DNA from: a virus
IMG/VR virus record: IMGVR_UViG_3300042508_000428
Length of the DNA: 64,000 bases
Reading direction: 5' to 3' (one strand)
Every line of letters begins with the position of its first letter. The first letter of the stretch is position 1. The translations under genes were made by a program, and so were the position numbers. The notes under the pieces are model-generated. The model did no database searches. It was not told where the DNA came from and saw nothing but the letters and a program-made list of their open reading frames with translations. This document shows positions 40,501 through 47,981 of the stretch, one piece after another.

Positions 40501-40823
40501 GTGGTGTAAAGATGGGGGCGTTATTGGATACGAATACAAAGGCAAGGACTAAGATCATTGTGCTCAAAGTTAGGTTAGAAAAACCAGTTGAATTGTTTCG
40601 TTTATCCACTGGTGAATCATTTGTTGAAAATGGAAGAGTTTATTACATTGATTACAGAGATCAATTTGCACGAAAAGTCTTTACCAAAGATTATGAAAGC
40701 GATCATTTTTCTCCATCATACACTATGTTTGAATTTCAAGAAGTAGTTCCAGTAAAATCTTGGATATATCTTGATGATGCATATCGTGATTGGAAGAGAA
40801 TAAGAAGAGATAAACAGACTTGA
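37600..40823 (+). other. Dense run of about 12 small hypothetical phage ORFs, many Cys-rich
   Basis: Tightly packed + strand ORFs with recurrent AGGAATCAAAATG starts. Confidence 0.6.
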
Positions 40824-40848
40824 CAGAGTAGAAGAGAGGTGCCATACT
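40820..40848 (+). promoter_or_regulatory. sigma70-type promoter of the HNH gene
   Basis: TTGACA-N17-CATACT. Confidence 0.6.
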
Positions 40849-40882
40849 ACCTACCTACTTGTGAGTGAGATACGGGGATGTT

Positions 40883-41401
40883 ATGGACACACTGGTTTTA
40901 AGCACAGCATATCAGCCTATGCGCTATGTTGACTGGAAAGAGGCATTTTGCCTTTGGTTCTCTGGTCGAGTTGAAGTCATTGAGTTCCACAAAGACAAGG
41001 TGGTAAACACCATCAGTGAAACCTTTAATGTTCCTTCAATTGTCCGCTTTGTAAAGGGTGTGATTAGAAGAAGCAAACAATCGAAGTCAGCAAAATTCAA
41101 TAGAGCAAATGTATTGCTCCGCGACAATAGTGAATGTCAGTATTGCCGTGTTAAATTGGAACGAAAGAACTTTACATTTGATCATGTCCTGCCTGTTTCT
41201 CAAGGCGGAAAGACAAATTGGAAGAATATTGTTGCTTGTTGTGTTCCTTGTAATCAAAAGAAAAAAGATAGAACACCTTATCAATCAGGAATGAAACTTA
41301 TTCGAGAACCTTATGTTCCGGATAGTTTTGAAATACTAAACAAGTCCAGAGCCAATATAACTTGGCCGGAAGAATGGAAGGATTACATAGGTGATTTATG
41401 A
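40883..41401 (+). CDS. HNH endonuclease (McrA-like)
   Basis: CQYC, FDHVLPVSQGGKTNWKNIVACCVPCNQKK. Confidence 0.92.
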   Translation: MDTLVLSTAYQPMRYVDWKEAFCLWFSGRVEVIEFHKDKVVNTISETFNVPSIVRFVKGVIRRSKQSKSAKFNRANVLLRDNSECQYCRVKLERKNFTFDHVLPVSQGGKTNWKNIVACCVPCNQKKKDRTPYQSGMKLIREPYVPDSFEILNKSRANITWPEEWKDYIGDL

Positions 41402-43144
41402 CGATGGTTCACAGAGAAGGATTCATTTCAGCAGATATTAGTGAAATGTGGGCAGGTTATTATGCTCACTTGGTTACGGAATGGAAGGATGGAAAAAGTG
41501 AAGAGCGATCCATCCCTTGTCGAACGAAAGAAGAAGCAGAAGAGATTGTTGAAAAATTTCTAACAGGAGAATACAATGCCGAGGGTTAAAGCAGTTAAAC
41601 AAAAGAAACTTACAGTTGCCGAACTCAAACGGCGAATGACAGAGGGAGCAGTATTGACCATGGTTGATTTCCATGGAACTCCAGTTAAAAAGCGAAGAGT
41701 TGTTGCTGGCATCTCAACCACTTTTGTTAAATTTAGTGGGGATGAAATTAAAGAAGGTCAATATTCATATTTGAATTGGCCGAAATCAACCGAGTTGACA
41801 GGAAATGACGAAGGGTTTACAATCTCTCTCAAGTATGGAGCAGTCCGATATGTCTGGGGAGAACCAAAGACCGAAGACAACGAAAACCCTGAGAATCAGG
41901 AATAGCGAACCAAAAGATCGCAAAGATATTCTCATTATAGAGAAAGTTTGGTATTGGAAAGAACTCACTCATAGAGATCCAGAAACTGGTCCTGCTTACT
42001 CTTATTGTTCATTTTATAAAGAAACTCTTGATGTTTGTACAGAGTTTCACACATACTACGAATTAGGATTTCAAGTAAGGGAACCAAAATGAGAGAAGAA
42101 CTCGAAAACAAATTGTATGAAAAGTATCCCAAACTCTTTGCCCAAAGGAACCTTCCTGATACGATTAGTCTTATGTCGTATGGGATTGGTGTTGGTGATG
42201 GTTGGTATAACATTATGAATGTCCTTTGCTGGACGATTCAAAATCATGTTGATTACCAGCAGAGAAAGAATCCAGAATACAAACAGGTTGAGTTCTTCCA
42301 GATCAAGGAAAAGTTTGGTGGTCTGCGAGTTTATACCAGCGGTGCCGATGAAGTAGTTAATAACCTAATCGTTTTTGCCGAGAACATGGCAATTGTTACT
42401 TGCGAACAATGCGGAAACCCTGGGAAGATTAGATACACCAGTTGGAATACTTGTCGGTGTGATGAATGTCAGAAGAAGTATTGCGATCAAAGAGGAATCA
42501 AAGATGAAGAAGAAGATGAACAAGATGACTGATACTGATTCAGTTTTCGCAGAAAAGGTAGTGAAACGAAAGAAACCAAAGAAGCAGATTGTTTCTAAGG
42601 AATCGAAGTCCAGCGGAGACAAAGAAGATGATCTAATCGAAATCTATGATGTTGACGATTTGGATGTTGATCTTGGTTATTATCGTGATGTTGCTTCGTC
42701 CATGCGAGATTGGTAAAAGGTAGTAGACATATAGTGGGATAGTACTACTCCACCCCACTACTACACCCCTATACCCCTGCCCGCATATACGAGAGAGAGG
42801 GCGATATGTCAAATTATTCCGTGGCAAACAATATTCATGGTATAAAAGAAAAAATCGAAAACGGAATAACTATCTTGTATGATGAATACGAATATGAGGT
42901 TGGAGACATTGTTTTAACCGCTCCACATGTTTGGTACATGTATAAAATTTTATCTGGTTATAAAACAGCAAGTAATGAAGTATTATTTGTAGTCTCGTCT
43001 AAGGAAAAACCTATTGAATCATCATCACATATGATTCGGGATCACAGATACTCTTATAAAATAGTTGCTCTGGAGAATCCAAGAATTGTTCTTGATTATT
43101 TAAGATATGAAGAGTTAATACCTTTAAAACTTAATAAAGATTAG
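41398..43144 (+). other. Small hypothetical ORFs incl. 41576-41905, 42089-42532 (QIKEKFGGLRVY conserved phage motif), about 42504-42716 and 42806-43144
   Basis: ORF track. Confidence 0.6.
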
Positions 43145-43318
43145 AACTTAATAAAGATTAATAGTTCTATTTATTTGATTGTTGAATACTTTATTACTTA
43201 ATAATCATTCTCGATAAAGTAGGCATTTAACTTCCTCAGCATATTCCGCTGAAAGCATATGTGACACTGAAAAAAAAGATCTTTATGCCTCACTTTGTAT
43301 ATGAGGGACTGAAAGCCA

Positions 43319-43976
43319 AACGGCAGACTGAGAGGTCTTGACGCCAGCAAACAGATCGGGTAAGATACCTAAGTCAAAGCGAGAGACCTGCGCGGTTTCT
43401 CGAAACGGCAAACGGCAAACCGGGGAACGCGAGACTGCGAGGTCTTGACAACCGTTCCAAGTTGTGGTAAGCTACTAAGGTCAACGCGGGAAACGGGCTT
43501 CGCGCTCTGAAACCGCAAACGCTCCTTGAAAACCGAGTAGATTCGCAAACGTGATACTGCGAGGGCTTGACAACCGAATCTGGTTGTGGTAGACTACTAA
43601 ACGCGGAATGGTTCCGCAAGGAGGCGAAATGTCGATTACGAATGACGCACTGAAGGGTATTGTTCTTGGTCTGACGATTGCCAAATTGGTTATTCTGCTG
43701 AACGGCTAACTGAACCGAAACGTGAGACCGCGAGGTATTGACAGCGGTTCCGAGTTGTGGTAAGATCCTGACTGTGACGGCGACCTGAGCGGTTGCCGAG
43801 ATTAAGAAACGCGGTACTGAGAAACGCGATACTGCGAGGGCTTGACAACGGTTCGAAGTTGTGGTAAACTCCTGAATGTGAGCGAGCCTGAGCGGTTCGC
43901 GAAACGACGGAGAGAAGCAGAAATCGGAAACGTGATACTGCAAGCTCTTGACAAGCGAATCTACTTGGTGTACAAT
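43319..43976 (+). promoter_or_regulatory. Array of six tandem sigma70 promoters, each with a conserved 19-nt upstream element
   Basis: TTGAC(A/G) at 43338, 43445, 43567, 43738, 43842, 43948, all N17 to TAAGAT/TAAGCT/TAGACT/TAAGAT/TAAACT/TACAAT. Confidence 0.9.
43629..43709 (+). CDS. 26-aa hydrophobic peptide MSITNDALKGIVLGLTIAKLVILLNG
   Basis: AGGAGG RBS 4-5 nt upstream, directly downstream of promoter P3. Confidence 0.6.
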   Translation: MSITNDALKGIVLGLTIAKLVILLNG

Positions 43977-43988
43977 CCCTAAGTCGGC

Positions 43989-44038
43989 GGTGAGCTTCGC
44001 GTTCACCCACTCCGCATCGGATCTTTGATAACTGAATA
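43989..44038 (+). promoter_or_regulatory. boxB-like hairpin plus rrn-type boxA-like antitermination element
   Basis: GGTGA-GCTTCGCGT-TCACC then GATCTTTGATAACTGAATA. Confidence 0.65.
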
Positions 44039-44166
44039 ACGATTGCGAGCACAGAGTTGCTCTGCAAAGATGATGGACTGCCGTGGTCTGCGAAGTCACG
44101 AGACCTTCCACATCGCAATCAAGACGACACGCAATAAGTGCGTGACGTAGAGTGAGTACGATTAAT

Positions 44167-44240
44167 CCGCCTTTAGCTCAGTTGGATAGAGCATCTGCCT
44201 TCTAAGCAGAGGGTCGCAAGTTCGAGTCTTGCAAGGCGGG
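44167..44240 (+). tRNA. tRNA-Arg(TCT), CCA not encoded
   Basis: TCTGC-CTTCTAA-GCAGA; CCGCCTT/AAGGCGG. Confidence 0.93.
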
Positions 44241-44282
44241 CCGAGTAAGTGTGAAGCAAACCCCTAACCATGCGAGGTTACA

Positions 44283-45098
44283 ATGAGCACGAACACCAAG
44301 ATCGGAAATTTCCTCTACACGAACGCTGACTTGCCGTTCTATTCGCAAGTCCTGTCGATCCTGAACGAAAACCCCAAGGGTGCGTCGTTCATCACTGTTG
44401 CGGGTAAACCGCAAATCATGTCGCAGTTCAACAACGATGTTGCTCGTTCGCAACAGAAGGTCAAGTCGATCCTGTCGAGTCTGCGTATGCGTTCGGTTAT
44501 CTTTGAGACTCAGCAACCCGGAAGTTCGTTCTCGGTTTACAAGATTGCGGATAAGGATGTGGCCTTGACGCTAATCTCTGAGGGTGGTAAGATTGTTGAA
44601 AGGTTGGTGCAGCGTACCGCTGACTGCGCTAATACTGAAAAGGTTTCGGCGGTTGTTTCCAATATCAATACCAATACCAAGAAGGTGAATACCATGGCTA
44701 CCAAGACTGCTACCAAGAAGGCTCCTCGTTTGTTCGTTAACCCTGAGACCAGCAAGGTTGAGCCGTTTGGCGCTGGTCGTCCGTCCAAGGCAAAGTTGGC
44801 GTTCGAGTGCAACGCCGATGGTCAGTATCTCAATCCGCAGGCGGCGCTTGCGTTCGCTCAACAGGGTGGCAAGTCGGAAGATAAGCTGACCAAGGCTGAG
44901 TTGCTCGATCTGCTCCGTAAGGTTCGCGCCGAGCGTGACGAGGCAATCGCCGCTCGCGACACTCTCGCCGGTGTCCTCGGTTCGCTGAATACCGCTTCGG
45001 TTGACGCTGAAGCGGATTCGGATGACGGCGATGACCTCGATCTCGATGCTGAGTCGGTCGATGCCGATGACGAGATTGAGGCGACCGACGCCGAGTAG
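44283..45098 (+). CDS. Early protein with GRP (AT-hook-like) motif, coiled coil and highly acidic tail
   Basis: GAGG RBS; strongly biased GC-richer codon use; tail DAEADSDDGDDLDLDAESVDADDEIEATDAE. Confidence 0.8.
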   Translation: MSTNTKIGNFLYTNADLPFYSQVLSILNENPKGASFITVAGKPQIMSQFNNDVARSQQKVKSILSSLRMRSVIFETQQPGSSFSVYKIADKDVALTLISEGGKIVERLVQRTADCANTEKVSAVVSNINTNTKKVNTMATKTATKKAPRLFVNPETSKVEPFGAGRPSKAKLAFECNADGQYLNPQAALAFAQQGGKSEDKLTKAELLDLLRKVRAERDEAIAARDTLAGVLGSLNTASVDAEADSDDGDDLDLDAESVDADDEIEATDAE

Positions 45099-45104
45099 TC
45101 AAAC

Positions 45105-45386
45105 GGTGGCTTGCGATAGACCCCAAACAGAATGGGGTTCAATCAACGGTTTCCCGCTGTAGGGAAATGCAGTTGGACGCAAGCCACCATTCGCGGTGTG
45201 GTTCCACCGATTGGAAGTGAACCCATCCCGCTGTGGTTGAACAGCACAGCAGGCGACGGTTACGCCGATTGGAAGCTAACCCATCCAACCGTGGATGACA
45301 AGCACGGCTACTTGCACAATCGTCTAAATGGAAAGTGCGCGTGAATATACGCGTGATGCGGGTTCGACTCCCGCTTGTGCAAGCCA
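45105..45386 (+). ncRNA. Putative multi-domain ncRNA with two CGATTGGAA-loop hairpins and a 3' tRNA-like domain
   Basis: 11-bp stem 45105-15/45178-88; repeated hairpins; T arm GCGGG-TTCGACT-CCCGC; 6-nt anticodon loop. Confidence 0.7.
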
Positions 45387-45408
45387 ATCAATAGACAGAG
45401 GTTTCACA

Positions 45409-45954
45409 ATGCTGTTCTGTTTCATTCACAAAGATACCAAGCGGTTCAAACAGTTCTGGATTGAACAGGTAAACCTTAGCGAAAGCATTTACGAATCCGA
45501 AAACCCCAGCGATGTTGCGTTGGTTCGCAAAGTTCAACAAGAAAATGCAAGGCTATTTGATAATCAGGTAAGGGAGTTGCTTCAGCGTGGTTGGGTTCGC
45601 CCATAACACCCAATCAATAGACGGAGGTTCCATATGTTTGATGCAAGCAAGATGACGATTGCTGAGGTTATGCAAAAGGCGCAGGAACACATGATCGCCC
45701 TGCGACAGGAAATCGAAGAGACGGAAGTCAAGTGTAACGATATTAGTGATCGTTGTATGGAACTTGACGATATGGAAAATCGCGATGATGGCGAACTCCA
45801 ACGAATGGACATTCGTCGGTGGGTTATGAACGGCAAACTGGATGACCTCAACGATCAACTGGCCGATACACATCGGGTTGTCGAAATCTTCAGCAAGGTG
45901 GTTTACAATACATCGAATATTCAAGATGTCATCGACGCCATTCGCTCTGTGTAG
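45409..45954 (+). other. Two small early ORFs (45409-45606; 45634-45954 coiled coil)
   Basis: GAGG/GGAGG RBSs. Confidence 0.7.
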
Positions 45955-45970
45955 TGAATAGGTGTTCAAT

Positions 45971-46046
45971 TTCCCGATAGCTCAGTTGGTAGAGCGAGTG
46001 ACTGTTAATCACTTTGTCGTGTGTTCGATTCACACTCGGGGAGCCA
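45971..46046 (+). tRNA. tRNA-Asn(GTT)
   Basis: AGTGA-CTGTTAA-TCACT, GCCA end. Confidence 0.95.
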
Positions 46047-46057
46047 AACGAATAAAT

Positions 46058-46133
46058 GGATCAGTAGCTCAGTCGGTAGAGCAGCGGACTCTTAATCCGT
46101 AGGTCGTGGGTTCGATCCCCTCCTGATCCACCA
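46058..46133 (+). tRNA. tRNA-Lys(CTT)
   Basis: GCGGA-CTCTTAA-TCCGT, ACCA end. Confidence 0.95.
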
Positions 46134-46227
46134 GATACGAATAAACAATAGACGGAGGGAACAAATGATCGTTATTGATTGGCAACTTCGTTCTTGGATC
46201 TACGACGAAAGTTTCTGGGACTAACAA

Positions 46228-46455
46228 ATGCAGGAGGTCATCATGTATGATGTTCACACGAATGAAGAACTGATTGATTTTCATAACAAGCATGATCCTT
46301 TGTTCGCTAGACTGCTACGGGAAACTGAAGTAGAAAAGGACGAGAACAAGTTTCAGATTGGTGTTGCCCTTGTGTCTCTCGTTCTGTCGGGCAAGGTAAA
46401 AATCATTCAGAGTCCACAGGGCGAACTTCTATTCGAGCACCAACTCCCCAACTGA
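46228..46455 (+). CDS. Small hypothetical early protein (true start may be the second Met)
   Basis: GGAGG RBS. Confidence 0.6.
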   Translation: MQEVIMYDVHTNEELIDFHNKHDPLFARLLRETEVEKDENKFQIGVALVSLVLSGKVKIIQSPQGELLFEHQLPN

Positions 46456-46655
46456 TTGAGGTAAATGATGGATGCAACTAAAGTGGTGAAGCAGATCAAG
46501 GACAAGGTTCGTGAAACAGTTGTTCAGGAAAAGGAAGACTGGACTAAAGCGGTTTCTGAATACAAGAAAAGGCAGGAACTTCTAGCGAAGTCGCAAGAGC
46601 AAAGAGTCATTGGTTTCAAGTGGTAGGAACAAACGGGACTAACAATCCCACAATC

Positions 46656-46727
46656 GGCCTTGTCGTCCAAAGGTTAGGACGAGAGACTTTCAATCTCTAA
46701 ATCCGGGTTCGAGTCCCGGCAAGGTCA
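46656..46727 (+). tRNA. tRNA-Glu(TTC), CCA not encoded
   Basis: AGAGA-CTTTCAA-TCTCT; GGCCTTG/CAAGGTC. Confidence 0.92.
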
Positions 46728-46765
46728 CCGATAATGAATAAACAATAGACCGAGCGGAGATACGA

Positions 46766-47356
46766 ATGGATGTTTACACAGAGGCAGAACTGAGAGAGTC
46801 GTTTGCAGACTTCAAGGACTATGCACTGAAAATTGAGAAACGAAACAAGAGGCTTGGATTGAAAAGCCGATTGCCCAACATGCCAGAGGAAGTTAGCGAA
46901 AACATCGCCAAGTTTATCGTTCAGAATCATATGAATGATCAGACTGCGTTGTGGCCCAAGGGCACGAAGGGAAAGGTCAAACTTCCAGGCGATCTCCGTT
47001 CAGATTCATTCGGCAGGCTGGAAGTCAAGTGTTTCACTTCAACTGGCCCGATCTCATTCGGTCCAACCGAAGCATGGGATACGCTACTGTTCCTTGATGC
47101 AACAGATTGGCGGAATGATCGTTTCGTTATGTATGGTGTTTCGCTTGCAAACAATGACCCGCTATGGGAAGCCGTGCAGATTAGCAAGAAGCAAACGTAT
47201 GGCGATCAATGCAAAGCTCAACGTCGCCCACGCATTGGATGGGGTGCGCTGAGTCCACAGATCACATCCAACTGCACAAAGGTATTTGATGGAACGTTTG
47301 ATGAAGTGTTTGTGAATATTCAGCAGACTCAACAGGGGCATAGTTCAGTTGGTTAG
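46766..47356 (+). CDS. Type II restriction endonuclease, R.Bsp6I-like (probable GCNGC)
   Basis: SRLPNMPEEVSE, GD..LEVK PD-(D/E)xK core, SFGP..WDTLLFL, QTYGDQ..RRP, all paralleling R.Bsp6I motifs as recalled. Confidence 0.75.
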   Translation: MDVYTEAELRESFADFKDYALKIEKRNKRLGLKSRLPNMPEEVSENIAKFIVQNHMNDQTALWPKGTKGKVKLPGDLRSDSFGRLEVKCFTSTGPISFGPTEAWDTLLFLDATDWRNDRFVMYGVSLANNDPLWEAVQISKKQTYGDQCKAQRRPRIGWGALSPQITSNCTKVFDGTFDEVFVNIQQTQQGHSSVG

Positions 47357-47410
47357 AGCATCGCTCTGATAAGGCGAAAGTCGGTGGTTCAAGTCCACCT
47401 GCCCCTACCA
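47334..47410 (+). tRNA. tRNA-Ile(GAT)
   Basis: TCGC-TCTGATAAG-GCGA arm, AGGGGCA/TGCCCCT, ACCA; overlaps the last codons of the endonuclease ORF. Confidence 0.92.
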
Positions 47411-47662
47411 CACACGAAGGAGACAACATGACGTTCAAATTGAAAGTGCCGACCTACAATAAAGTAATCACACATTTCAGCGGTGGCTTGGTTCATCGAA
47501 CAGTATCCAGCCGTTACAGTCCAAAGTGGGTTTGGTTCATTCAATAGACTGCGGGAGGATAGAATGGATTGGTTGCTTGTGATCGGAGTCACTTTCGTTT
47601 GGGCTTCCTTCACTCTTTATATGTCCGAGAAAGAATAAACACCTAAACAGATAGGACGAACA

Positions 47663-47758
47663 ATGAATACCTCTCAACTGCTTCTGCTTATGCTTTCCAT
47701 CCTTCCGCTCACCATGTCCATTGGTTTGGTGGCAACGAAGGTTGAGAATCGAGCTTGA
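47663..47758 (+). CDS. 31-aa hydrophobic peptide MNTSQLLLLMLSILPLTMSIGLVATKVENRA
   Basis: AGGA RBS; single TM helix. Confidence 0.5.
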   Translation: MNTSQLLLLMLSILPLTMSIGLVATKVENRA

Positions 47759-47795
47759 CAGAAATCGTGGGACTTGCTATAATCATTCCCACGAT
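47755..47795 (+). promoter_or_regulatory. sigma70-type promoter with 9-bp inverted repeat around the -10
   Basis: TTGACA-N17-TATAAT; ATCGTGGGA/TCCCACGAT. Confidence 0.85.
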
Positions 47796-47796
47796 C

Positions 47797-47873
47797 GCTA
47801 GGGCAACCACGAACCCAATGGTATTAGGCATGAACCCGATTGGAATGTACGGTTCTGTAAGTCCTGCCCTAGC
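47797..47873 (+). ncRNA. Small structured RNA with a third CGATTGGAA loop
   Basis: GCTAGGGCA/TGCCCTAGC closing stem; GAACC-CGATTGGAATGTAC-GGTTC. Confidence 0.55.
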
Positions 47874-47879
47874 ACATTC

Positions 47880-47957
47880 GCCAGCATAGCTTAATTGGAA
47901 TAGAGCCAATCCTTGGTATGGATTGTGATGGTGGTTCGAGTCCACCTGCTGGCACCA
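47880..47957 (+). tRNA. tRNA-Thr(GGT)
   Basis: AATCC-TTGGTAT-GGATT, GCCAGCA/TGCTGGC, ACCA. Confidence 0.9.
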
Positions 47958-47981
47958 CGAACAATCGTGAATGGGGGAAAC

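Noticed and set aside
40883-41401. HNH nuclease as a homing endonuclease or part of the RM system
   Set aside because: Free-standing McrA-like HNH of a common family with no intron or target context; nothing links it to the methylase.
43319-43976. Repeat array as a CRISPR array or mini-CRISPR
   Set aside because: Units are degenerate, irregularly spaced (104-171 bp) and each resolves into -35/N17/-10 promoter elements; no cas genes in the window.
43374-44118. Minus-strand ORFs of 245, 142 and 67 aa over the promoter array
   Set aside because: No RBS or recognisable domains; by-products of GC-rich repeats on the non-coding strand.
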